Source of the DNA: an uncultured Solirubrobacterales bacterium
Lineage (GTDB): Bacteria > Actinomycetota > Thermoleophilia > Solirubrobacterales > Solirubrobacteraceae
Assembly (NCBI GenBank): GCA_903821395.1
Contig: CAIJLJ010000099.1
Coordinates: forward strand, 497-64,496
Direction: 5' to 3'
DNA length: 64,000 nucleotides
Below are positions 10,325 through 23,713 of the stretch, in pieces. Positions within the stretch are counted from its first letter, which is position 1; every line of letters begins with the position of its first letter. The notes below the pieces were generated by a model. It was not told where the DNA came from. It searched no databases and was given only the letters and a program-made list of their open reading frames with translations. Both the position numbers and the translations under genes were made by a program.

Positions 10325-10885
10325 ATGCACGCTGTACTAACGCCAATGGCCGCGTCCTCGGGCGGCAGCAGCTTCCTCGTCAGTCCCAACCTGGGACTGA
10401 TGATTTGGACGCTGCTGGCCTTCGGCGTGACCTTGATCGTGCTCAATAAGTTCGCCTTCCCGGCGATCCGTGAGGCGCTCGATAAGCGCGTCAAGATGAT
10501 TGACGACTCGATTGAGGACGCCAAGAAAGCGCGCGAGGAATCTGATGCGCTGCTCGCGGAGTACCGCGAGCGGCTCAAGGATGCCCGCGTTCAGGCTGAC
10601 GAGATTGTCGCCCGGGCGCGCAAGGCTGCCGAGACGCACGAGCATGATTCGAGCGAAGAGGCACGCGCTAAGCGCGCCGAAATGCTCGAACAGACTCGCC
10701 GCGACATAGACGCCGAAACGCGCCGCGCGATCGAAGAGATTCGATCCGAAGTAGCCAACCTCACGGTGCTCGCTACTGAGAAGGTGACCGGTCGCGTTTT
10801 GACCGATGCCGATCAGCAGCGGCTCGTTGACGAGGCGCTCGGCGAGCTCGATTTCTCAGCGATCAGCGGCGAACGGCGGGATTAG
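10325..10885 (+). CDS. atpF: F0 ATP synthase subunit b
   Basis: PNLGLMIW TM segment followed by a charged coiled coil. Confidence 0.93.
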   Translation: MHAVLTPMAASSGGSSFLVSPNLGLMIWTLLAFGVTLIVLNKFAFPAIREALDKRVKMIDDSIEDAKKAREESDALLAEYRERLKDARVQADEIVARARKAAETHEHDSSEEARAKRAEMLEQTRRDIDAETRRAIEEIRSEVANLTVLATEKVTGRVLTDADQQRLVDEALGELDFSAISGERRD

Positions 10886-10890
10886 CCCAG

Positions 10891-11421
10891 ATGGAAGCGA
10901 TCGCCCAGGTCTATTCGCGCTCCCTCTTTGAGGTGGCAAGCGAGCAGAACCATGTCGAGCTTGTGCGCGAGCAGCTAGGCCAGCTGGCCGACGCGCTCGG
11001 CGAGAATGAAGAGCTGAAGCTGTTCTGCTTCTCGCCCTACTTCTCGACTGAGGAGAAGAAGGCCGGGCTGATGAAAGCGATCGACGGCGCTGACCCCGCA
11101 GTCGAGAACTTCCTGATGCTGCTGACTGAGAACCAGCGGCTACCGGTGATCTTCCGCGTCCGCGAAGAGTTCGATCGGCTCTGTGATGAGGCCGACGACC
11201 TGCTCGCCGTGACGATTACTAGCGCCGTGACTCTCGACCCGGCGGTCGTAAACAAGATTGGCGAGCAGATCGGTCGTCAGACCGGCCGCAAGATCGAACT
11301 TGAAGAAGAGGTAGACCCAGAGATCGTTGGCGGCTTCATTGTCCGCGCCGGCGACTCAATTCTTGATGCATCAATCCGCAACCGACTCGAGCAGCTTCGA
11401 ACAGAGGTCGCACGCGCTTAA
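10891..11421 (+). CDS. atpH: F1 ATP synthase subunit delta
   Basis: VDPEIVGG...DASIRNRL. Confidence 0.93.
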   Translation: MEAIAQVYSRSLFEVASEQNHVELVREQLGQLADALGENEELKLFCFSPYFSTEEKKAGLMKAIDGADPAVENFLMLLTENQRLPVIFRVREEFDRLCDEADDLLAVTITSAVTLDPAVVNKIGEQIGRQTGRKIELEEEVDPEIVGGFIVRAGDSILDASIRNRLEQLRTEVARA

Positions 11422-11456
11422 TGGCGCGGCGAATCTAAGGAGAACGAAACAAAACC

Positions 11457-13082
<1,626 letters not shown>

Positions 13083-13103
13083 CGCGCGCCGCAATCTCAG
13101 CAC

Positions 13104-15430
<2,327 letters not shown>

Positions 15431-15438
15431 CAGCCAGC

Positions 15439-15849
15439 ATGGCCCGTACTCCGTTCCAAGTAGAGGTGTTGACGCCCGAAGGGCCGATCTTCAGCGGTGA
15501 GGTTGAGATGGTTTCGACCCGCACCGAGGTCGGCTCGATCGGCATCTTGGCGAACCACACGCCGCTGCTCGGAATGCTCGCCCCAGCGGAGCTGAAGCTC
15601 TACATCTCAGAGAGCGAGATCGTCAGCTTCGCCCAAGGCGAGGGCTACATCCAGGTTGCCGACAACCACGCGCTGGTGCTGGTTGAAGAGGCGATCAAGC
15701 CTGATGAGCTAGTGCGTGAGGATCTTCAGGCCCAGATCGATGCTGCTGAAGCGGCTATCGCGGAATCTGAGCCTCACACCGAAGCACAGAAGAAAGCGCT
15801 GCGCGATCAGCGCCGCGCGAAGATCTTCTTCGGCATTCTCGAAGCGTAG
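15439..15849 (+). CDS. atpC: F1 ATP synthase subunit epsilon
   Basis: EVLTPEG, GSIGILANHTP. Confidence 0.94.
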   Translation: MARTPFQVEVLTPEGPIFSGEVEMVSTRTEVGSIGILANHTPLLGMLAPAELKLYISESEIVSFAQGEGYIQVADNHALVLVEEAIKPDELVREDLQAQIDAAEAAIAESEPHTEAQKKALRDQRRAKIFFGILEA

Positions 15850-15856
15850 GCGCGGA

Positions 15857-16969
15857 TCAGTCGGCTGAGAGGCCGTAGCTTGCGGCGGCGGCCGTCAGCT
15901 CGTCTAGGCCGAAAGCTTGTACGGGCCCAAGCGCCCCCGACGCGCTAACGCTGCCAGCAGCCACCTGCTCGGCGCCCCAAGCTAGGAACGCCGCCGTTAG
16001 GTCGTAGCCGTTAGGGCCATTGAGGCGGACAGAGCTGAGCTCCTTGCCGGCGCGGTCGTAGGTGACGGCACAGATGATCGAGCGCGAGCCGGCGCGGGCC
16101 GCCGCGTCTGGGCCGCCGGTTGAGCCGGTGACGAACTTCGAGCTGAGCGCGCTCAGGCCGGCGCGGACCCCGGGGATCTTCGTGACAGCCGCACCGCCGG
16201 CCGAAAAGATTTGCATCGGCTTCGTCATCGGTCCAAACCAGGCGAGGTAGACGCCAACGTCTTGGAGCGTCGGGTCGATGTGGGGGAGGCCGAAGTGTTC
16301 GCTTCCGCCGATCGAGACGCCGTCAGCGCTGTGGCCTTGGCCGGTGTCGAAACTGCGGATCTCTTTTGCGCCCCGCTCCGTCACTAGCCTGCCGCCGCGC
16401 CAAGCAAACGAAGGCTCGAACGCGACTCCAGCGGCGCTTGCGCGAGTCCCTCCGCTCATCCCTGAGGTCGAGCCGCCCCCCTCATTCTCCCAGCAGTAGC
16501 CGATCTCGACGCGGTGAGCCGCGGCGCCAGCCTCACGCAGCGCTATGGCGCCGGCGAGGTTTCCGGGGACGTAGTCGTACCCCATCGCTGTTAGTAGGAC
16601 TGTCCCCTCCGCGTGGGCGCGGGGGCCAGCTTGCTCGAAGACTCGGCGGATGAATGGCCCTTCTCCGGTTGAGTCGAGGTAGTGGGCGCCAGCGCTAAGA
16701 GCCGCGTCGAGCGCTGGCTGACCGAAGCGCATGAATGGGCCGACGGTGCTGACCAAGACATCACCCTTCTCTACAAGGGCGTGCACGCTGGCTGGGTTTT
16801 CAACGTCGGCGAGCTTTATCTCTAGGCCGCCCAGTTCGGTCGCCAGCGCTTCTAACGGCTCGCGCCGCCGGCCGGCGAGTACCGGCGTCATGCCGCGCGC
16901 GACCATTTCGCGGGCCGTCAGGTCGCCGGTGTAGCCGCTGGCACCAAAGAGAACGATTCGTGAGCTCAT
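15857..16969 (-). CDS. Saccharopine dehydrogenase-like NAD(P)-binding oxidoreductase
   Basis: GASGYTG, TVGPF, HYLDSTGE, GYDYVP, SGGT. Confidence 0.88.
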   Translation of the reverse strand: MSSRIVLFGASGYTGDLTAREMVARGMTPVLAGRRREPLEALATELGGLEIKLADVENPASVHALVEKGDVLVSTVGPFMRFGQPALDAALSAGAHYLDSTGEGPFIRRVFEQAGPRAHAEGTVLLTAMGYDYVPGNLAGAIALREAGAAAHRVEIGYCWENEGGGSTSGMSGGTRASAAGVAFEPSFAWRGGRLVTERGAKEIRSFDTGQGHSADGVSIGGSEHFGLPHIDPTLQDVGVYLAWFGPMTKPMQIFSAGGAAVTKIPGVRAGLSALSSKFVTGSTGGPDAAARAGSRSIICAVTYDRAGKELSSVRLNGPNGYDLTAAFLAWGAEQVAAGSVSASGALGPVQAFGLDELTAAAASYGLSAD

Positions 16970-16994
16970 AGGCGGGACTCTATCCTCAGTAGCG

Positions 16995-18113
16995 ATGGAC
17001 GAGCTCGCCCTTGCCGAACGGCTAATCGCTTACGACACCTCGAAAGAGGACGGTCTGCGGGCCGCCGCGGAATTCGTCAAAGGCTGGCTTGAGACGCGCG
17101 AGGTGCGGGTCACTAGTCGCGACCACGAAGGCTTGCCGGTGATCATCGCCGACGCCGGTCCTTCGGATGGGCCGCTTGTCGTGCTCCATGGCCACCTAGA
17201 TGTCGTGCCAGCCTTTGCTGAGCAGTTTGTGCCGCGCGTCGAAGGCGACCGCTTAATTGGGCGTGGCTCATACGACATGAAGGGAGCGCTCGCGGCGTTG
17301 ATCTGCGCCGTTCATGACGCGACGCTTCAAGATGCAGTGCGCGTTCGCTTGATCTGTGTTCCCGATGAGGAGTCGGAGAACGTCGAGAACCGCTCTACAG
17401 ACGTGCTCGTGAAGGAGGGAATCGATGCTGACTTTGCGATCACTGGCGAGCCGACCAACCTTCACATCGGCGTTCAGGCGAAGGGTGTTCTTGCTCTGCG
17501 ACTCGAGGTGGTCGGAACGGCAGCGCACGGTTCGACGCCATGGCTGGGCGACAACGCGATCCTGAAGGCCCACGATCTCTACCGGCGGATCGAGACGTTG
17601 CCGTTTAGCCGCCAGTCATCCGATCTCTTCGACCGTCCGTCGATCAACCTCGCGAGAGTCACCGGCGGCGACGCCTTCAACAAGGTTCCTGACCGCTGCC
17701 TAATTGACGTTGACATTCGCTACTTGCCGGGCCAGGACCCTGAATTGATTCTGGAACAGATTTCACGGATCGATGATTTGACTGTTGTTCGTAAGTTTCA
17801 CCGCGTTCCGGCGATCGTGTCGCGTCAAGACCCGTACGTACTTGCGCTACGAGCAGCGGTGAGCACGGTTCGCGACGGTGAGGCCCTCTCGATCGGCCGC
17901 GACGGCGCCTCCGACGCGATCTCATTCCTTGAGGCTGGGATTCCAGCGGTCGAATTTGGTCCCGAAGGTGGCGGCCATCACGGCCCCGATGAGTGGGTAT
18001 CCGTTAACTCGTTGGCGCGCTACCGCGAAGCGTTGCGGGTGTTTATCGGTGGACTACCGACCTATCTAGCCGAGCCCGGCGCAAGGCCAACTCTCCGCGC
18101 CGTTGAGGGTTAG
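16995..18113 (+). CDS. M20 family metallopeptidase/deacylase (ArgE/DapE-like)
   Basis: GHLDVV, GRGSYDMKG, DEE, GEPT, HHGPDE. Confidence 0.92.
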   Translation: MDELALAERLIAYDTSKEDGLRAAAEFVKGWLETREVRVTSRDHEGLPVIIADAGPSDGPLVVLHGHLDVVPAFAEQFVPRVEGDRLIGRGSYDMKGALAALICAVHDATLQDAVRVRLICVPDEESENVENRSTDVLVKEGIDADFAITGEPTNLHIGVQAKGVLALRLEVVGTAAHGSTPWLGDNAILKAHDLYRRIETLPFSRQSSDLFDRPSINLARVTGGDAFNKVPDRCLIDVDIRYLPGQDPELILEQISRIDDLTVVRKFHRVPAIVSRQDPYVLALRAAVSTVRDGEALSIGRDGASDAISFLEAGIPAVEFGPEGGGHHGPDEWVSVNSLARYREALRVFIGGLPTYLAEPGARPTLRAVEG

Positions 18114-18184
18114 GAGCTCAATTCCAGCGGCGAGTGTGGCTCCAGCGGGCGTCCTCGCTAGGCTCCTTGAGGAGTATTTAGACC

Positions 18185-19693
18185 GTGACTACCGATCCCA
18201 ACAAGCCACCGCGGCCAGGCCGCGGTGTGCTCAAAAAAGGCGCCCTAGCGGGCCTCCTAATCATCCTGCTGACCGCGGCAACGGTCTCCTCTGCCGCTCT
18301 GCTCGAAGTTGACCAGTTGGTCAACATTGTGCGAGCCGAAGGCCAGACGATCCCTGGCGTCGCCAACGCGCTCGACAACGTCGATGGCGGCGGCCCGCAG
18401 ACGATCCTCGTGATCGGTTCCGATGCTCGCTGGGCCGACCACAACGCCAAGGGCTCGGCCCGCTCGGACACGCTGATTCTGGTCCGTCTAGATCCCAATC
18501 AGTCGGCTACGGCAGTGATGTCGATCCCGCGTGACCTCAAGGTTGCGATCCCTGGTTACGGCAGCGACAAGATCAACGCTGCCTACTCGATCGGCGGTCC
18601 CAAGCTGACGCTGAAGACTGTCCGTGACCTACTCGGAATCAAGATCAACCACATTGTTGAGCTCAACTTTGATGGCTTCACCAGGGCGGTCAATCGCTTG
18701 GGATGCGTTTACGTCGACGTAGACCACCGCTATTTCCACTCCAACGCGGGGCTGCCTCCGAGCTTGCAATACGCCGAGATCGACATCCTGCCCGGCTACC
18801 AGATGCTCTGCGGGCAGAAAGCACTTGATTTTGTCCGTTTCCGCCACGCAGACTCTGACTTTGTCCGCTCGGCGCGTCAGCAAGATTTCCTCAGGCAGGC
18901 AAAAAGCCAGTTCTCAATTTCTTCAATTCTGGGCGATCGAACCGAGCTTGTAAAAATCTTCGCTCGCTACACGCGCACCGATGTGCGCTCCAACGACTCG
19001 ATCCTGCAGCTACTCAAGCTTGCCTTCCTCTCGTCAAAGAATCCGATCCGCGAAATTCACTTCCCAGCCACCGACATCCCTGGCGGCACATACCTGGGGG
19101 TCTCGCCGACGGCGCTTCAGCAGAGCGTGAGTGACTTTGAGACGCCACAGCCGATCAAGACCACGAGCAACTCATCGAAGAAGAAGAAGAGCGGGAAGTC
19201 GGGCAAGAAGAAATCAAATAGCTCAGGCGCACTTCCGGCCGGGGTCGTCGCCGCGAGGTCAGAAGGCGAAGCGCAGGCAATCTCAGCGGCCGCAAAGGTC
19301 GCGATGCCGGTCTATTACCCCGCTGTCCGCCTCGCGAATGGCGGATACAGCTCAGGCGAGCCAAAGTACCCGGCAACGCGCGCCTACCACATCCTCGATC
19401 GCGAGAAGAAGTCTTACGCTGCCTACCGAATGGTGCTGTCGACCGGCGAAGCGGGCCAGTACTACGGCATTCAGGGAATGACTTGGAAGACCCCGCCGCT
19501 GCTCGACGGTCCGAGTGAGGCGATTCAGATGCGTGGCCGCACCTACCAGATCTACTACGACGGTGGCCGCGTCAGGCTCGTCGCGTGGCGCTCGCCGCAC
19601 GGCGTGTATTGGGTATCGAACAGCCTTTCGCAGACACTCTCTTACGATCAGATGCTCGCCATCGCTGGCTCGCTCACACTGCTTGGCAGCTGA
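18185..19693 (+). CDS. LCP (LytR-CpsA-Psr) family glycopolymer transferase with an extra C-terminal domain
   Basis: N-terminal TM, GSD, RSDT, SIPRD, KINAAY, RFRH, RQQ. Confidence 0.92.
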   Translation: MTTDPNKPPRPGRGVLKKGALAGLLIILLTAATVSSAALLEVDQLVNIVRAEGQTIPGVANALDNVDGGGPQTILVIGSDARWADHNAKGSARSDTLILVRLDPNQSATAVMSIPRDLKVAIPGYGSDKINAAYSIGGPKLTLKTVRDLLGIKINHIVELNFDGFTRAVNRLGCVYVDVDHRYFHSNAGLPPSLQYAEIDILPGYQMLCGQKALDFVRFRHADSDFVRSARQQDFLRQAKSQFSISSILGDRTELVKIFARYTRTDVRSNDSILQLLKLAFLSSKNPIREIHFPATDIPGGTYLGVSPTALQQSVSDFETPQPIKTTSNSSKKKKSGKSGKKKSNSSGALPAGVVAARSEGEAQAISAAAKVAMPVYYPAVRLANGGYSSGEPKYPATRAYHILDREKKSYAAYRMVLSTGEAGQYYGIQGMTWKTPPLLDGPSEAIQMRGRTYQIYYDGGRVRLVAWRSPHGVYWVSNSLSQTLSYDQMLAIAGSLTLLGS

Positions 19694-19739
19694 TCCCCGT
19701 GCTTGAGGGCTCGACGCCGCTACCCTTCGCCGCTCACTA

Positions 19740-21059
19740 ATGGGCGACTCTAAACGTGAAGCAATTGGGGTAATTGGCACCGGCTATGTCGGACTTTGCA
19801 CGGCCGTAGGCTTTGCCGAGCTCGGCAGCGAGGCCTGGTGCGTGGACATCGACGAGGACAAGATCGCCGGCCTTCAGCGCGGCGAAGTCCCGATTCACGA
19901 GCCTGGGCTGGCGGAGGCGATCGAGCGCAACCGCGAGCGGCTTCACTTCTCGACCGATCTTGGCGAGGCGCTCAGCCAGACAAGGCTCCTGTTTGTCGCC
20001 GTAGGGACGCCGCCAACGCATTCCGGCGACGCAGATCTCAGCGCCGTTCACGCGGTTGTCGCGGCAATGCCGCCGTCCGATAATCACGCGCTGGTTATGA
20101 AGTCGACCGTGCCGGTAGGGACAGGGGCCGCGATCGAGCGGATCTTCGCCGAGCAGGGTAAGGAAGGCTTCAGCTACGTCTCGTGCCCGGAGTTCCTGAA
20201 GGAGGGAACCGCGCTAGCCGATTTCCTCGATCCAGACCGGGTTGTGATTGGCGATGACGGAGGGTGGGCTGGAGATGCGGTAGCCGATCTCTACCGTCCG
20301 CTGCTCACAGCCGAGCACGGTGGCACTGGGCGCAGCGAATTGGTCCGCACAGACGTTGCGAGCGCTGAGATGGTCAAACTCGCTGCGAACGCTTTTCTGG
20401 CGACGAAGATCTCGTTCATCAACGAGATTGCCAACGTCTGCGAAGAGACCGGCGCCGACGTCACTGAGGTTGCACGCGGGATGGGGCTCGATCAGCGGAT
20501 TGGGCCGAAGTTCCTCCAGCCGGGCATCGGCTTCGGCGGCAGTTGTTTCCCGAAGGATGTGAGCGCGCTCAAGCAGCTCGCTGGCAACAGCGGCTACCAC
20601 TTCCAGCTGCTCGGCGCCGTGATCGAAGTCAACGAGCTCCAGAAGCGCCGCGTGATCGGCAAACTTGAAAAGCACCTTGGCTCGCTGGTCGGCAAGCGCG
20701 TCGCACTGCTTGGGGTTGCGTTCAAACCGAACACCGATGACATGCGTGAAGCGTCGTCGCTGGTTCTTGCCGCGCGGCTGCAGGCAGCTGGCGCAACAGT
20801 CACTGCCTACGATCCGATTGCCCAGGCGGCGGCAGCGGAATTGATGCCGGGAGTTGAGTTTGCGGGCGACGCGCTGAGCGCCGTTAGTGGCGCTGACGCG
20901 GTCGTTCTCGTGACTGAGTGGGATGAGTTCGCGTTGCTTGATCTCGCTTCGGTCGCCAACGAGATGGCAGGGGATGTCTTGATCGATGGACGAAATCTTT
21001 TTGACCCCAATGTCGCGACCGCCGCGGGCCTTCGCTACGAGGGCGTCGGCCGCGGTTAA
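19740..21059 (+). CDS. ugd: UDP-glucose/GDP-mannose dehydrogenase
   Basis: GTGYVG, KSTVP, PEFLKEG, GFGGSCFPKD, FKPNTDDMRE. Confidence 0.92.
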   Translation: MGDSKREAIGVIGTGYVGLCTAVGFAELGSEAWCVDIDEDKIAGLQRGEVPIHEPGLAEAIERNRERLHFSTDLGEALSQTRLLFVAVGTPPTHSGDADLSAVHAVVAAMPPSDNHALVMKSTVPVGTGAAIERIFAEQGKEGFSYVSCPEFLKEGTALADFLDPDRVVIGDDGGWAGDAVADLYRPLLTAEHGGTGRSELVRTDVASAEMVKLAANAFLATKISFINEIANVCEETGADVTEVARGMGLDQRIGPKFLQPGIGFGGSCFPKDVSALKQLAGNSGYHFQLLGAVIEVNELQKRRVIGKLEKHLGSLVGKRVALLGVAFKPNTDDMREASSLVLAARLQAAGATVTAYDPIAQAAAAELMPGVEFAGDALSAVSGADAVVLVTEWDEFALLDLASVANEMAGDVLIDGRNLFDPNVATAAGLRYEGVGRG

Positions 21060-21062
21060 GCG

Positions 21063-22151
21063 ATGCGCGCCGTAATTCTCGTCGGCGGCGAGGGCACCCG
21101 TCTGAGGCCGCTGACCTCTGAGCTGCCGAAGCCAGCCGTCAAGTTGGTTGATCGGCCGATGATGGCCTACATGCTCGAGTGGCTCGCCACAAACGGCATT
21201 GCCGAGGTCGTGATGGCCTGCGGCTTCAAGCCCGACGCGATGCGCGAAGCGCTCGGCGATGGCGGCCGCTTCGGGCTGCAGATCAGCTACGTGACCGAAG
21301 ACGAACCGCTCGGCACGGGCGGGGCTTTGCGCTTTGCTGACGAGCAGCTACCGGACGGTCTCGGAGAGCGCTTCGTTATGTGCAATGGTGACATTCTGAC
21401 CGACCTTGATCTCGCCGGGCAAATTAAGCGGCACCGCGAGCTTGGGGCACAAGCAACGCTTTCGCTAGTCCCGGTCGCCGACCCGTCGAGCTTTGGCCTC
21501 GTACGGATTTCCGATGACGGTGAGGTGCTCGGTTTCCTTGAGAAGCCTGACCCGAGCGAGATAGACACCGACCTGATCAGTGCCGGCGCGTATGTATTGG
21601 AGCGCAGCGTGCTCGACCTAATTGAGCCGGGGCGAGCTGTTTCGATTGAGCGCGAGGTTTGGCCCGAACTGGTTGGCGAGGGCCTTTACGCGGTTGCTGA
21701 CCGTGATGCCTACTGGCTCGACATTGGGACTCCGGACCGCTATCTAAAAGCGACCGCTGACATCCTCAGCGGATCCGTCACGAGCGAAGCTGGCGCGCGC
21801 CTTGACGAGCGTGGGCTGGCCGTCGGTGAGGGCTGCACAATTGAGGGCACGCTGGTCGGCCCATCGGTTCTTGGCGATGGCTGCACGGTTGCCGCTGGAG
21901 CCACGGTTGGCCCCGGAGCCGCGCTCGGTGATCGAGTCGAGGTCGAGGCGGGCGCGAGTATCGAAGCCTCCGCCGTACTTGATGACTGCCGCGTTGGCGC
22001 CGGAGCGTTGATTCACGATGCGATTCTTTCGCCAGCGGCAGCTATTGGTGCCGACGCCCGCGTTAGTGAGCTCTCCGTCGTTGGTCCGCGCGTGCAGGTT
22101 GCGCCAGGGGCCGCCGTGGGCGCCGGCGAGAAGCTCTTCGCCGACGACTGA
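21063..22151 (+). CDS. Sugar-phosphate nucleotidyltransferase (mannose-1-phosphate guanylyltransferase-like)
   Basis: GGEGTRLRPLT..PKP, EPLGTGG, NGD, FLEKP, WLDIGTP, hexapeptide-repeat tail. Confidence 0.9.
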   Translation: MRAVILVGGEGTRLRPLTSELPKPAVKLVDRPMMAYMLEWLATNGIAEVVMACGFKPDAMREALGDGGRFGLQISYVTEDEPLGTGGALRFADEQLPDGLGERFVMCNGDILTDLDLAGQIKRHRELGAQATLSLVPVADPSSFGLVRISDDGEVLGFLEKPDPSEIDTDLISAGAYVLERSVLDLIEPGRAVSIEREVWPELVGEGLYAVADRDAYWLDIGTPDRYLKATADILSGSVTSEAGARLDERGLAVGEGCTIEGTLVGPSVLGDGCTVAAGATVGPGAALGDRVEVEAGASIEASAVLDDCRVGAGALIHDAILSPAAAIGADARVSELSVVGPRVQVAPGAAVGAGEKLFADD

Positions 22152-22202
22152 TTCGACCCGGACGGCATTAGCTGAGCCGCTCCGCCAAACTTGGAACTCA
22201 AG

Positions 22203-23276
22203 ATGTCAGCCGATCAACCAAACAAGCAGCCGCTCGATCGCGCCGCAGTAGCGAAGGTTGACCCGAGCGACCAGATTGCCGATGTTCTGTCGCTGCCAGA
22301 CCAGCTTCGCGATGCGCTCTTCAAGGTTGCTTCGGCCGAGCTTCCGCAGGTTGACTCGCCCGGCGGCTTGCTCGTTGCCGGCATGGGTGGATCAGGAATC
22401 GGCGGACGGCTCGCGCGAGGGATTCTCGGCGACCAGGCATCACGGCCGATCCTCAGCGCTGCCGGCTACTCACTGCCCGGCTGGACGACGTCCGAGACGA
22501 CGGTGCTCTGCGCCAGCTATTCAGGCGAGACTGAAGAGACCCTGGCCTGCTTTGAAGCGGCGGGCATCATCGGCACCAACCGCGTAGTTGTAACCACTGG
22601 CGGCACGCTGGCGCAGGCCGCGCGAGCTGAAGGCGTGCCGGTCATTCCAGTTGCTGGCGGGCTGCAGCCGCGCGCCGCTGTTGCGTACATGACAGTTGCC
22701 GCGCTCGAGGTTGCCGCCGCCTGCGGAGCGGGGCCGCGCCTGACAACCGAAGTTGACGTCGCAGCAGGCCACCTCGAGCAGCTAGCGGGGGAGTGGGGGC
22801 CGGATTCGGATGAGGACTCGTTGGCGAAGAGCCTTGCGCGTTCGATCCACGGCACGATTCCCGTGATCGCTGGCTACGGGCTGACCGAAGCCGTCGCGAG
22901 CCGCTGGAAAACACAGGTCAACGAGAATGCAAACCAGCTCGCCTTCGCATCGGTCCTGCCGGAGCTCGATCACAACGAGATCGTCGGTTGGGGTTCGGCC
23001 GGCGACTTTGGCCGTTTCAGCGCCGTCTTCTTTCAAGACAGCGATGACCCTCAGCGGATCACGCGGCGAATCGAACTGACGCGCTCGCTGATCGAAGCCG
23101 ATGGCGGATCGGTCCAGGTTGTCAGCTCGTTGGGGCAAACAGCGGTCGAGCGCGCGTTCTCCTTGGTCCTGCTCGGCGATCTCTTCTCAACCTACTTGGC
23201 CGTCTGCAACGATCAAGATCCAGCCGATATCGCTGTAATTACCGCGCTGAAGAAGGGTCTCGCCGAGCCCGAGTAG
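22203..23276 (+). CDS. Bifunctional phosphoglucose/phosphomannose isomerase (SIS domain)
   Basis: GMGGSG, SYSGETEET, QPRAA, RWKTQVNEN, PELDHNE. Confidence 0.92.
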   Translation: MSADQPNKQPLDRAAVAKVDPSDQIADVLSLPDQLRDALFKVASAELPQVDSPGGLLVAGMGGSGIGGRLARGILGDQASRPILSAAGYSLPGWTTSETTVLCASYSGETEETLACFEAAGIIGTNRVVVTTGGTLAQAARAEGVPVIPVAGGLQPRAAVAYMTVAALEVAAACGAGPRLTTEVDVAAGHLEQLAGEWGPDSDEDSLAKSLARSIHGTIPVIAGYGLTEAVASRWKTQVNENANQLAFASVLPELDHNEIVGWGSAGDFGRFSAVFFQDSDDPQRITRRIELTRSLIEADGGSVQVVSSLGQTAVERAFSLVLLGDLFSTYLAVCNDQDPADIAVITALKKGLAEPE

Positions 23277-23297
23277 CGCCTGCAGGCCAAATAGAGC

Positions 23298-23325
23298 CAA
23301 CCTTGACACAGCTTTGATAAGGTTG
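23298..23325 (+). promoter_or_regulatory. Imperfect palindrome CAACCTT-N14-AAGGTTG containing TTGACA; candidate MerR-family operator
   Basis: caaccttgacacagctttgataaggttg ends 7 nt before the MerR start codon. Confidence 0.6.
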
Positions 23326-23332
23326 ACTCTCA

Positions 23333-23713
23333 ATGGAAGCGCTAACAATCCACGAAGCGGCCGAAACAACCGGCTGGACGCCGCGAATGCTGCGCTACAT
23401 CGAGCGCATCGGCCTGATCGAGCCCGCCCGTACAGAGTCCGGCTATCGCCAGTATGGGGCTGGCGAACTGCAAAGGCTGTGCACACTGCGTGAGCTGCTG
23501 GCCGAGCACGAGATTGGCCTCGGCGACGTTGCCTTCGCGCTGAGGCTGCGCCGCGATGAGGCGCTTAGTGGGGCAGTTGACAGCTGGCTGGAAGCCGAGC
23601 CGCAGCGCCCCGAAACCGTATCTGCTGATGAATGGCTGCGCTGGGAGCAGGAGAAGCACGCCCGCATCATCGCCGCCTTGACAACCAACGAAACAATGGA
23701 GACAGCTGCCTGA
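23333..23713 (+). CDS. MerR family transcriptional regulator
   Basis: [10 protein letters not shown]...[23 protein letters not shown]. Confidence 0.9.
   Translation: MEALTIHEAAETTGWTPRMLRYIERIGLIEPARTESGYRQYGAGELQRLCTLRELLAEHEIGLGDVAFALRLRRDEALSGAVDSWLEAEPQRPETVSADEWLRWEQEKHARIIAALTTNETMETAA

Noticed and set aside
23632..23712. N-terminal extension of ahcY
   Set aside because: Overlaps merR; the TGATG-coupled ATG at 23713 fits the family N-terminus.
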